Of a stretch of 64,000 nt of DNA, positions 45,320-57,717 are shown piece by piece. The notes under the pieces were generated by a model. It was not told where the DNA came from and made no database searches. It was given only the letters and a program-made list of their open reading frames with translations. The position numbers were made by a program, and so were the translations under genes. The number at the start of each line of letters is the position of its first letter. Positions within the stretch are counted from its first letter, which is position 1. The stretch is from Squalus acanthias (taxonomy: Eukaryota), in assembly GCA_030390025.1 (NCBI GenBank), contig CM059432.1:111850001-111914000 (forward strand), written 5' to 3'.

Positions 45320-47170
45320 GTTAAGTGTAAGGAATAGCTAAAGAAAACAAAGGCTGCTACTAGATCAGCTAAACGATTAATGGAAAAGAGGATCATAGAC
45401 AATTGTGGCAGTAATGGGAAGCTTTGTCGGTTATGTGAAGAGTCAGAGAACTATCAAAGACTGTATTAGGCCATTGAAGGATGTTCAGGGACAGATTACG
45501 AAGGACTCATGGGGAATGACAGAAATATTAAATGAGTACTTTGTATCAGACTTCACTCTTGAAGATGATGTGCGACTGTTAGAAATTAATGATGATGGAA
45601 ATAATAAAAATCCTAATATTAATATAGACGAACATCTTGATCCGGAACTTGTGGTCAGTGGTGAATGAATGGCGCTAGCCGTTCATTAGACTTGCACATA
45701 CCCACAGACTTTCTATGGGCTTTTGTTTGACATCAGTAACAGGAAAGATGCTTGAGGGAATTATTAGGGATGCAATATATGATTGATTGGATAGAGAGGG
45801 ACATATTATGGACACCCGACATGGCTTCATAAAAAGTCTTACAAATTTGATCGTAATTTTTGAAGAAGGTGGATGAGGGAAGCCGAGTAAACATTGTCTA
45901 CTTAGACTACCAAAAAGCTTTTGACAACGCAACTGTACATGATTGAAGTCTCTGGTATTAGTGGTGATATATTGAGTTGGATTGAGAACTGGCTGGAAAG
46001 ACGTAGGCAGAAATTATTTAAAGATGGATTTGGATCTGTTTCGAGACCAGTCACCAGTGGTGTCCCGCAGGGGACCGTTGCTCTTTACTATTTTTATTAA
46101 TGATCTAGATGTAAGTGTTGGGGGCACGATCTGCAAATTTGCAAATGATACTAAGATCTGTGTGATTTTTAGGACTGTAGACGATGCTTGACAGCTTCAG
46201 GCAAGTCTTGATGTGTTGGGGGTTTGGGCTCATGACTAACAAATTATGCTTAATTTGGAAAAGTGCAGTGTTATGCATGTGAGCGGGGTGAATGCTCAAC
46301 ATACATACACCCTTCAGGGAAAAGCATTAAAGAAGGCGGAGAAAGAAAGAAATGTGCGTAGATCTCTAAAAATTCATGAGCAATGCCATGAAGTGGTAGC
46401 CAAGGTGTTGGGGTGCATTCATAGGACAATTGACGATAAGACAAAGCACACTATTTTGTCCTTGTACAAGACCTTGGTCAGGCCTCAGTTGGAATACTGT
46501 GTTCAGTGTTGGTCTCCTCACATGGTGGGTGATATGGAGACTTTGGAAAGGGTGCAGAGGAGGGCCACTGGACTAATTTACAATTTAAAGCATCATAGTT
46601 ATCAAGATAGGCTAAAGAGTTGGGACTCTACACCTTAGCGAAGCGTAGACTTAGGGATGATCTGATCGATGTTTATAAGACGACAAAGGGAACAGATTGT
46701 GTTCAAGTTGACAGTTTGTTCCAAATAAATAGTTCAGGGTTTTAAATTGTACAAGGCCAGATCTAGGTTCGATGTCAGAAGGTAGTTCTTTTCCCAGAGA
46801 ATAGTGGACCTCTGGAACAGGCTGCCATCTCGTGTGGTGGACACGGACTCGCTGAGTTCCTTTAAGGGAGAGCTGGATTTTTTTCTGGCTGGGGCAGAGA
46901 TCACCTCTTACAAAAGGTAGGTACCGCAGGGAATTCAGGGCCAGAGTGATCTCCTGGACTAGTTTCGATTGTCCAGCTGGGTCGGAGAGGAATTCCGCAA
47001 ATTTCTTTCCCCAAATTAGCCTGGGTTTTTCACCTCTCCTGGAGATCACATGGTTTCGGGTGTGGTGGAGTGTATGTATTGTGATACACAATGTATCATA
47101 ATTGTGTGGGACAGGCTGGATGGACCAGAGGGTCTTTTCCTGTCCATCAATGCTTGTATGTTCGTATGTG
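45320..47170 (+). mobile_element. Decayed CR1 LINE with long 3' UTR
   Basis: ILNEYFVSDFT, FANDTKI, LYKTLVRPQLEYCVQCWSP; many stops and frameshifts; GTATGTTCGTATGT tail. Confidence 0.85.
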
Positions 47171-47959
47171 TATATAACTAGAAGCCCTAAGCAGATCAGC
47201 AAACAGTGATGTGCAAATGCAGCCTGGTTTCTTCTCAACAACAATCTAAAGAACCAGAGAGGTTAAACAACTCCCACAATAAACCAGATAGGATTAATTA
47301 ACCTGAAAATTGTCAATGGCCTTTTTTTAATCATAAACAACAGTTTTGAATATTCATGCCTAACTGCTATTTTCACATTTGTTGCTTGTTAAACCATTTC
47401 CTCCTCCACCCCCACCCCCTCCACCACCACCCACCGCCCCCCCCCACCCCTCCCCCTCAACTCCCACTTCTCAGCTTTCTGGTTCACTATGTCAGCTCCT
47501 TATATAATATTTTGTGATGTTCAAAAACCAACAGTCTGAACTCTCATCCTGGCAGGAAAATCAATTGCTGAGCTGATGATTGTAGCATACTGTCCTGTTG
47601 CTAAGATAATTATGTCACAAAGGCACCCTCTTTGTGGTAATAATAACCAGGAAAGCAGCGAAAGCAAATGAGAACAATTTGAACATTTTGTTTTGGCTGG
47701 GTATGAAATCAGAAGTCTCTTGAAATTCAAGCTTCACTGTTTGCGGATTGCTAAAACAAATCGCACATTTTCACTTTTGTAGGTCATAGCTATTATCAGT
47801 CTCAGTTACAGATAGGCAGACGATGTGAGCAGTCTGTCAGTAAGTCCTTCAAAGACTGCAAGAAATAGTTACATTGTAGAAGTTCCTTTCTACTTTAGGA
47901 AATAATTCAATAGTATATTCTTAGTACAGCTTTTTTCCTTGTGTTTATTACATTTATTC

Positions 47960-48335
47960 CCTCCCCTTCGCCCTCAGACATCACTGATCTGTGCTAGGGA
48001 ATAGCCCCGTGGACATTGACAACTCTGTAATATCTAACCCAAGTAAACATTCTTCACATGTGACCCCAGCCTGAGAGCGTCAGCTCCCTACTGCTCCAAC
48101 GGGTGAGATCAGCTAACACAGAGATTCAAGTGTAGGACAATCAATTGTAAGACAAGGCTGGATAGTGTTCAGGAGCGAAAGCCTTTGCATCCTTTACCAC
48201 CAGACCACCCCCAGCCCAGGTACTAGTTGCCGTTCCCCTACTTCTTGGCTGAGATCAATTAACTCAGTACACAGACCAGGGATCAAACCGGGGGCGTTCC
48301 TCATCTGTATGGCTCAAATATCATATTAGGTAGTC
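47960..48335 (-). mobile_element. Old tRNA-derived SINE-like remnant
   Basis: B-box-like GGTTTGATCCC on the minus strand near 48279-48289; shares GAGATCAG/AACTCAG/TATGGCTCA blocks with 58330-58725. Confidence 0.4.
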
Positions 48336-48352
48336 CATAAACTAGAGTCATA

Positions 48353-49245
48353 GGGGGAGAAATTCAGTATCGCCCCATTTGGGGTGCAATTATCGTCCGG
48401 GCGCAAAGATTAGCGCCTGGCGCTAATTATCGCCACCGACTGCAAACTTGACTTTTATCGCCCCTGGAGGTGATTGCAGCGCTAAATCAGGCACTTCACA
48501 CCTGTCTTAAGGCGCAAAGGCCGAGGAGCGAGGCGCTACCTCAGAGCGCTGGTGAAGCTCATGTGATGTCAGTCAGCAATGGAACACACACACAATGGCA
48601 CGGGCCAGTTCTTAAAGGGGAGGGTTAATCTTGCTTTCCATCCACATCCTGCTCATTGCAGCCTTGAATCTTGGCCTGGAGAGACCTGCACATCAAATGT
48701 GCTGGAAAGAACAATGGAGAGTACCAGGCAAAGAACTCAGAGTGCAGCCCCCACAGTCTCTGCTAAATCGATACAAGGAATGGCAAATCAAAATGAACCT
48801 GCAAAGTGCTGCTCAGTACCCAAAACTCCTTCACACAACGTTGAATCTCTCCAGAAGTCTCTCCCTCTCTCTCTCAGAATGCGTAGTTCAAAAATGGCAC
48901 CAACAATAAAAGACAAGAAGCGGTCACCTTTAAATAGCGCTCCCCCTTTCCCTTCATGACTGCAGAACGCTCCCCTCAACCTGTCGTTGCTAGCGTCAGG
49001 CGGTAAGGCATGGGGCGCCACTCAATATCCGCTCCGGGGCGATACCGGGGCGTTGCGCACTCGACTGACGTCACGATCTGCCGGCGCAGGAGATCGTGGC
49101 GGTAGTGTTTAGCGCCGCCGCAAAATGTCGAGTTAATTTCGCGAGCGGCGCAAACTTCGCCGCGCCTGGGTGCTAGATGCCTTGCGCTCCATTAGCGCCC
49201 TCTTAAGGCGCTAACGGGAGGCGCAACCAACTGAATTTTTCCCCC
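48353..49245 (-). mobile_element. Harbinger-B-related MITE (893 bp)
   Basis: Ends GGGGGAGAAATT / AATTTTTCCCCC; TSD ATA (48350-48352, 49246-49248). Confidence 0.94.
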
Positions 49246-49256
49246 ATAAAGTCATA

Positions 49257-50151
49257 GGAGGAAAAATTCAGTTGGTTGCGCCTCCCGTTAGCGCCTTAAG
49301 AGGGCGCTAATGGGGCGCAAGGCATCTAGCGCCCAGGCGCGGCAAAGTTTGCGCCGCTCGCGAAATTAACCAGACATTTTGCGGCGGCGCTAAACACTAC
49401 CGCCACGATCTCCTGCGCTGGCAGATCGTGACGTCAGTCGAGTGCACAATGCCCCGGTATCGCCCCGGAGCGGATATTGAGTGGCGCCCCCTGCCTTACC
49501 GCCTGACGCTAGCAACGACAGTTTGAGTGGAGCATTCTGCAGTCATGAAGGGAAAGGGGGAACGCTATTTAAAGGTGACCGCTTCCTGCCTTTTATTGTT
49601 GGTGCCATTTTTGAACTACGCATTCTGAGAGAGAGAGAGAGAGAGACTTCTGGGGAGTTTCAACGTTGTGTGAAGGAGTTTTGGGTACTGAGCAGCACTT
49701 TGCAGGTTCATTTTGATTTGCCATTCCTTGTATCGATTTAGAAGAGACTGTGGGGGCTGCACTCTGAGCTCTTTGCCTTGTACTCTCCATTGTTCTTTCC
49801 AGCAGATTGGATGTGCAGGTCTCTCCAGGCCGAGATTCAAGGCTGCAATTAGCAGGATGTGGATGGAAAGTGAGATTAACCATCCCCTTTAAGAACTGGC
49901 CCATGCCATTGTGTGTGTGTTCCATTGCTGACTGACATTACATGAGCTTCGCCAGCACTCTGAGGTAGCGCCTCACTCCTCGGCCTTTGCGCCTTAAGAC
50001 AGGTGTGAAGCGCCTGATTTAGCGCTCCAATCACCTCCAGGGGCGATAAAAGTCAAGTTTGCAGTCGGTGGCGATAATTAGTGCCAGGCGCTAATCTTTG
50101 CGCCCGGCCGATAATTGCACCCCAAATGGGGCGATACTGAATTTCTCCCCC
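49257..50151 (+). mobile_element. Harbinger-B-related MITE (895 bp)
   Basis: Ends GGAGGAAAAATT / AATTTCTCCCCC; TSD ATA (49254-49256, 50152-50154). Confidence 0.94.
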
Positions 50152-50353
50152 ATAGAGTCATAACGGCACAGAAGGAGGCCATTCGGCCCATCGAGTCCAT
50201 GCCAGGTCTCTGTAAGCAATCCAGTCAGTCCCATTCCCCCGCTCTATCCCCGTAGCCCTGCAAGTTTATTTCCCTCAAGTGCCTATCCAGTCTCCCCTTG
50301 AAAACATTGAGTGTGTCCGCTTCCACCACTTCCGTCGGCAGCGAGTTCCAGGT
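50152..50353 (-). mobile_element. CR1 3' end; its (TAGAGTCA)n tail extends back through 49246-49256 to ~48343
   Basis: GGCACAGAAGGAGGCCATTCGGCCC terminal motif as in the other CR1 ends in this window. Confidence 0.85.
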
Positions 50354-51369
50354 GTTGAACTATTGTGGAGCTCATTGGAACAGCTCTAAAAGGAGAAAGG
50401 GATAATGGGTTCATATTTGGGCATAAAACAGTGCCAAACTACAATGTCTTACTCAGGAAGGAAATAGTGATTCCAAATCAGAAGAAAAACAGGATTACAT
50501 TAGCACATTGCTCTTATTATTGAACAGACATGGAAGTCAAATATTTCCCCATTCTGCAGCACTGGGAAGAAGTTTGGAAGACTAGCATTTAGGTAGGCTA
50601 GAATGGGTATGTACAAGAGGAGGTGCAATACAGGAAGGTAGTTAGATCAGGACCATTGAGCTAGCAGTCAGACATGTTGGAAGAATCTTCCAGAGAAAAT
50701 TGGATAAGGATAGGAAATGAAATAGAACCCCAGTAAAAGAAAGAAAGACTTGCATTTATACAGCGCCTTTCACAAACACCGGACGTCCCAAAGTGCTTTA
50801 CAGCCAATTAAGTACTTTTTGGAGTGTAGTCACTGTTGTAATGTAGGAAATGCAACAGCCAATTTGCACACAGCAAGCTCCCACAAACAGCAATGTGATG
50901 GTGACCAGATAATCTGTTTTTGTTATGTTGATTGAGGGATAAATATTGGGCAGGACACCGGGGATAACTCCCCTGCTCTTCTTCGAAATAGTGCCATGGG
51001 GTACTTTACATCCACCTGAGAGAGCAGACGGGGCCTCGGTTTAACATCTCATCTGAAAGACGGCACCTCCGACAGTGCAGCACTCCCTCAGCACTGCACT
51101 AGAGTGTCAGCCTAGATTTATGTGCTCAAGTTCCTGGAGTGGGACTTGAACCCACAACCTTCTTGATACAGAGGCAAGAGTGCTACCCACTTTTTATATA
51201 TATCATTTATTGAACATTAAGAACATTTACAACATCGTGATCATTCCATTGTATCATTCAAATCCATTCCGCCGCTCTGCACAGCCATTCCTCCAACACA
51301 TATTAACATCAAAACCTGAAGTTTAATTTGTCTCCCGTAACATATATTAAACTATTGTACTTTAAAAAT

Positions 51370-54300
51370 TAATCATAAAATACTATCTTTAAATTCTTTT
51401 CTGAATAAAACATCCACAGAGTCTTATAATGATCTTTTAGCTTATATTTAAAATACTCTTTTAGATTTATTCTCCTCCCCTTAAAAAAGAGCATTCCTTC
51501 TTTGCACAATCACGAATATAGCCAAACTGAACATTAAATTAATTGCGGCTCCGCTAGACTCGGCCAGACTCTCCTGCAATACCTATCTCAAAATTGAGTC
51601 CCACGGGATTCCCATTCTCGCTCTTCGGTCCCCACCCAGCAAAAAAACCTCACACAACTGTCAAACATAGTACTTAAAATCATTTAACTGCGGACATAAC
51701 ACCAGTAAATGGGACAGAGTCTCATCCCGTGTCCCACACACTGGGTAAGTTGTTCCCTCCACTCGTCCGATCTTACATAAGACCGTCGTGGTAAAAATCC
51801 AGTTATGAGCCAATTTGAAATCCAGTTCAATCCACTCTGGATATTTAAAATTCGCCCGCACTCCCTTCCAAATCCTGTTGAAGTTCAGCTGTGGGTATAT
51901 ACTCTGCCAAAACTCCTGACCAGCAGGTGTCTTGAATCTCCATTCTCTAAATACCCCATAGAAATCTTGAGTATTACAGTTGTCAAATTGGACCAACTCT
52001 CCCCCTTTCTCCAGCAGGAAGCTTGGAAAAGCGGGACGCATTTCACTTCCTTTGGAGATTTCCGCATTTAATTGTTCCATCCAATCCTGTGGCATTGCCC
52101 TCACAATCTTCTCATACATGATCATAATTGCTTTTTCCTCTACCTCCTGATCCTCCTCCCATACCATGTCTCTCACTATCGCTTCCGGCAACCAGCCTGG
52201 AATTACCTCATATAATACATCTTTCACACATATAATACCAGCTTTTATAAAAGCTTGATTAAATAATACCTCTCCTTCAATGTTGACCCACCTGTTCAAA
52301 AATAAGGGCTGTTCTAAAAATTCCTCAGCACCCTTGGGCATAAACTGCACACTTTTTAAAAATTGGGCCCAAGTCTCTACAACCCCCTTATAAAACCTAG
52401 GGAGAGGTTTAATCGATTTCAAAAAAATATTATTGTATTCCATATACAATATCCCCTGCCCTCCTATCCCACTTCGTTTAAAAAAATGCTCAAAACAACT
52501 CTTCCAAAAACTTGTATTTCACTTCTGAAGAAATCTCTTCACCCATTTGATTCTAAAGGATTTTTTCTTCAAATCAATATCTGGGGAATTGAGTCCTCCC
52601 TGATTTCTCCGTCCAATGATGGTATTGTAAGCAACCAAGGCTGGTTTCCCTTCCCATAAAAACCTCACACAAGCCTGTTGGATGGACTTTTCTGCCCATT
52701 CAGGAATATCCTCCACCGTCAATAAGTACCATAGCTTAGCTAGCAGGAGAGCGGACACCACTGTCGCTCTTCCTTGCACTTTCAACCACCTTCTTTCCCA
52801 TCTTCCCAAAATCTTTTTAATTTTCATAACCTTTGGTTCCTAATTTAATTGATCCACTTCATCCCTGTCTTTCTTGCACCCCATATGCACCCCCAGAACT
52901 TCCAAAACCTCCACCACCTTAAAGGGGCTTTCCTCCAACCATTCCCCCCTACCCCTTCCTGCAACCAGGCATTGGGACTTACTATAATTCACTCTGGCTC
53001 CTGAAGCTCTACAATACTCCTCCACTACTCCCATAGCTTTCCTCACTGACTCCCCATCTCTCAGCGTTAAGGTTGCATCATCTGGATATTGATGTATCAC
53101 CGACACCTACCCGGAACTGGGAACCGCAATCCCAACTACACCTTCTTTCTTTCACATCATGTAACCTAATGGTTCTGCTACCAATGTGTACAACAATAGC
53201 GACAGGGGACAACCCTGTCTCACTGACCTCTGTACCGGAAAATACTTGGATAAAAAAACCATTACATTTAACGCAGCTAAATATGTTTGAATAAAAAATC
53301 CTTATCCACTCAATGAAATTTTCCCCGAAACCAAATGCTTCCAAAACCATCAATAAAAACTCATGAGAGACCCTATCAAAGGCTTTCTCTTGATTTATCT
53401 TTAATACATAAGCCTCCCTCCCACTCTCTTCCATGAGCTCTATTGCATCTCGGATTGAGACCACAGAGTCTGCGAGGTCCCGGCCTATGACTCCATAGGA
53501 CTGAGAGGGCAAAACTATCTGCGGCAACACTTCTTTCGTACGAGTTGCCATAACCCTCGCCAAGATCTTATAATCCACATTTAATAATGTGATGGGCCTC
53601 CAATTCTTCAGATCCCTTCTATCCCCTTTATTTTTATAAGCTAAGCTTATGACACCTCTCATAGATGGGGCCAGGCTTCCCTCAATTTTAATCTCCTTAA
53701 AAACCTCTAAGAGCAATAGACTTAAAATCTCAAAAAATTCTTTATAAAATTCTGCACTTAGTCCATCGGACCCTGGGCTTTTCCCCCCCTTCATTCCACT
53801 TATTGCTACTTTTATTTCCGCTAATCCTACTTCTTTGTCACACATGCTTCTCTCATCCTCCTTTAAACCCTCTTCAATAAAAGCACCTTCTCCATCGTCA
53901 AATTGGAAATGTCTTCTTTTGTATATAACTCTTGATAAAAGCTGTTAGCCGCCTTTACAATCTCCCCACTTTCATTAATGATCTTCTCCCCAACCTTCAA
54001 CTCTCTAATTAATGATAATCTCTGTTGCAGCTTTTCTTGCTCTAGAAATATCTAATGCATCTTTCGCCCTCCAATGCATCTTTAGCCTTTGCACGGAGAA
54101 TGGCCCCCTTGCATTTTTCAGCTTGCAATAATTCCCACTCTTCTTTTAAAACCCGGAACTTAGTCTCAGCTCCCTTATCCCCTCCGTCAACTGTTTTACA
54201 GATATCCATAAACCTTTTGTTTATATTCTCTTCTCGACGCCGGTTAGCTGCCGCTCTCTCTTTCCCATAACGTACCGAAAAAACTTTTACCTCATATTTG

Positions 54301-56034
54301 AAATTGTCCCACCAAACTCTTCTTTCTTTCAAAAACAAAGGTTCCTTCCGAGCATTCTTTATTATATTTAATATCCCTTCTTTATAAGCAATTTCTTTCG
54401 GGTATTGATTGTTTAAAATCCACACCCCTGGACCGATCTTAACTCTGCTGTTCCTAATTCTAAGGGGTAAAAATTCACTTGGTTGCGCCACCCGTTAGCG
54501 CCTTAAGAGGGCGCTAATGGGGCGCAAAGCCGCTAACGCCCGGGCGCAGCGATGTTTGCGCCGCTCGAGAACTTAACTTGAGATTGTGCGGCGGCGCTAA
54601 AACTTACCGCTGCGACCACCTGCGCGCGCAAATTGTGACGTCATTCCATGGTGCAACGCCCTTGGGGCGCCCCGTAGCGGAAATTGAGTGGCGCCCCCTG
54701 CCTTACCGCCTGGCGCTTCCAACGACCAGAAGACTGGAACGCTATCAATCGCTGTGGGGCTGGGGGGGGGGCGCTATTTAAAGGGGGCCTCTTCCTGTCT
54801 TTTATTGTTGGTGGCATTTTTGAACTACGCATTCTGAGAGAGAGAGGGAGAGACTTCTGGAGAGATTCAACGTTGTGTGAAGGAGTTTTGGGTACTGAGC
54901 AGCACTTTGCAGGTTCATTTTGATTTGCCATTCCTTGTATCGATTTAGCAGAGACCGTGGGAGCTGCACTCTGAGCTCTTTGCCTGGTGCTCTCCATTGT
55001 TCTTTCCAGCACATTTGATGTGCAAGTCTCTCCAGGCCGAGATTCAAGGCAGCAATGAACAGGATGTGGATGGAAAGCAAGATTAACCATCCCCTTTAAG
55101 AACTGGCCCGTGCCATTGTGTGTGTGTTCCATTGCTGACTGACATTACATGAGCTTCGCCAGCGCTCTGAGGTAGTGCCTCGCTCCTCGGCCTTTGCGCC
55201 TTAAGAGAGGTGTGCAGCGCCTGCTTTAGCGCTCCACTCACCTCCCGGGGCAGTAAAAGTGAAGTTTCCCGTCAGTGCCGATAATTAGCGCCAGGCGCTA
55301 ATATTTGCGTCCGGACGATATTTGCGCCCCAAATGGGGCGCGACCTAATTTCTACCCCTAAGAGTCAAAGCCAAGTGGTCACTAAAAAATACTTTTTTGT
55401 AATAAATCTCCATCACCTCAGAACTTAACCCTTCCCGCATTAACACAAAATCTGTTCAGCTCTGTTTTAAAACATCACCCACCCAACCTGTTCTGGAGAA
55501 CTCCCTTTTTATGGGGTTCCGATCCCTCCATAAGTCTCTCAAATTTAAATTTGCCATCATTTTTACAATCATCTCTCTGGAGTTATCATCCTTAAAGGTC
55601 ATCTGGGCTGAAATGTCCATCCGAGATAAAAAATCCATTAAAAGCCCCCACTATACAAAGGTTTTCCACCTCTGCCACTTCAGTGAATAACCACCAAAAA
55701 ACATCGTGACACTTGCAATGGTCGTTCGGTGCATAGATATTAAAGAGACAATTTTTACCCTTAGCCGTAAAAATCTCCCCTCAATGTCCTTATCCACCAA
55801 GGCAACGTTCTCTTTTATGGACGGACTCACCAAAACAGCCATCCCTCTACGGTTATTGTTTGCACAACTTGCAAACACCTCTCCCTTCCAAATCTTCCGA
55901 ACTCTTTCTGGGATATCCTCATCCCAAAAGGTTTCTTGCAGACACAAGTCATTGCCTTTAAAACACTGCAACAACTGCTGCAATTTCTTCTCACCCCTCA
56001 GTCCGTTCACATTAATCGAGACCAATGTAATCAT
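51370..56034 (-). pseudogene. Tx1 ORF2 (APE endonuclease, RT, C-terminal zinc finger), frameshifted and MITE-interrupted; 3' end approximate
   Basis: SINVNGL, LCLQET, SDH, GPGVWILN, KSPGSDGL, NWRPITLLNVDYKI, EKAFDRVSH, QYPDD, (C)PVCG..DETLSHLL..C. Confidence 0.88.
54464..55358 (+). mobile_element. Harbinger-B MITE (895 bp) with the same termini as the autonomous copy
   Basis: Ends GGGGTAAAAATT / AATTTCTACCCC; TSD TAA (54461-54463, 55359-55361). Confidence 0.95.
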
Positions 56035-56072
56035 GGCTCCAATTAAGTGAAGTATGCCTGATATTCTCCCCA

Positions 56073-57717
56073 TCATTTAATCGCTGTCCCTTCGCTCCTC
56101 TCATGCTCCTTCTCAACTTTTCCGGCAGCTGTTGCTTTTTCCTGCAGCCTCCGGCTCTTTTTCACCTCCTGTTTGAACTTTCCCTGCAGTTTCAGCCTCT
56201 TCCTTGCATTAGGTTTGGGCTGAGGAGCTGCCCCTTCTCCCTCCTTTTGCCCCTCACTAACCTTTCCCTTTCCACACGATGCCACCCCACCCCCCACTTC
56301 CATGTCTCTGTCCCCTTCTGATTCCTCACTCTCGAGCTCTTCTGTGCCCTTCTGTTCCTGCTCCCCGTCAGATAAATAATCCTGCTCCCCGTCAGATACA
56401 TCATCTCCCATAGAGAGTCTTCCTGCTACCGTCGTTTCTCCAACAGTGCCGCTCCCTTCGGCCTCATCATCCCTTGCTCCCTGATCCTTCTCTCTCTGAG
56501 ACAATGGCGCACCAATATTGCTCCCTTCTGGCGTCTTTGTCTCCCCGCTCCCATCCTGCTGCCCCTTTAAGGCTCCTGCCTCTTGCACCCTCTCCTTATC
56601 TTGCCCCCTCCTGCTCACCGAGATGTCCGACTCCCCGTCCTTCTTTGGAGTACTTACATTTACCCCGCGGACCCCAGATTCTTTAGGGAGAGCTGAACCG
56701 TATTATGGCTCAACTCTGCCCTCGACCCATGCTGCCCTCTGCTGTCTTTGTCCTTTTCCACTGTACTTGGTGTGTTTTCCACCATCTCCATCCTGTTCTC
56801 TGCTCCGCAATTTTCTGCCTCCTCCTACGCTCTTTTCTCCTTCAAATCACCAGCTGTGTCCTCCGCCTGCTCCGCTACTCTGGCCGTTCCACTCACACCT
56901 CCTGCTCCTTCTTCCATCTCCTCGACACTCATAGAGCTTCCTTCTGCCTCACACTCACAGCGGGTGGGGCCTTTGTGACAACCCCACAGCTCTCTGCCTT
57001 GCAGCTCCAAGCGATATGTCCAGACTCGCCGCAATTATAACAGTACAAGTCCGGACAGTTTCTTAAAAGATGGTCGTGTCCAAGACAATAATAACAAACC
57101 TTCACCTGGTTATCATGCAGTACTCGGAAGTACTGCACTCCTTCCATTGTCTCAAATTTCATGCTGTACGGTAATGACTTCACTCCCTTTGGGAACCGCA
57201 CCTTTACGTAATGGGTTCCATCTGCTACCCGTGTTCCTGGATAGTATCTCCTCTTTATTGCCAAGCAAATTTTAATGTCCCATGACTCCAACTTTTTGAT
57301 TAGCACATCGTCCTCAATATAAACCAGCAGGTTTAAGAATGAGACCACCACCTCTTCCAAATATAGCAGAGATACCTCCAGGAACTTATCACCAACCTTC
57401 AAACTGAGTAAAAGTCTTTCCACCTCCTCTTGGCCACTGACCGTCACCTCGAACACAACATTCGGCTTTGGTCGGCAGGCAAAGCAGCTTCCCTCGCCGC
57501 TGTCCTCATGTACTGCTTGGATAATATCCCAAGCTCGTATCTCCTTATCCTCGCACTGAACCACCACTGTGTTTTCTTTTCCAAACCTCCTAGGGTCCCG
57601 GCCCAAATCTTTGGGCCTTATTCTCTCCCTTCCAACAACAGTTTCTCCCCTGATTAAATTCATCTCGGGAACACTGTCCTCTGAGAGGCTCGGCACTCCA
57701 GCCCCCTCAGCAGCCAT
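56073..57717 (-). pseudogene. Tx1 ORF1 (gag-like, CCHC knuckles, long low-complexity tail), frameshifted
   Basis: VSFLNL..YIEDD, YPGT.VADGT..VKVRFP...SLPYS, CYYCLGHDHLLRNC, CYNCGESGHIAWSC. Confidence 0.88.

Noticed and set aside
48353..50151. A single fold-back transposon with 0.9-kb TIRs, or an assembly artefact
   Set aside because: Each arm is a complete MITE with its own TSD, and the arms differ at many positions.
56929..57717. Host zinc-knuckle gene (ZCCHC3-like)
   Set aside because: It is ORF1 of the Tx1 element: directly upstream of an APE-RT ORF2, inside the TSD, and frameshifted.
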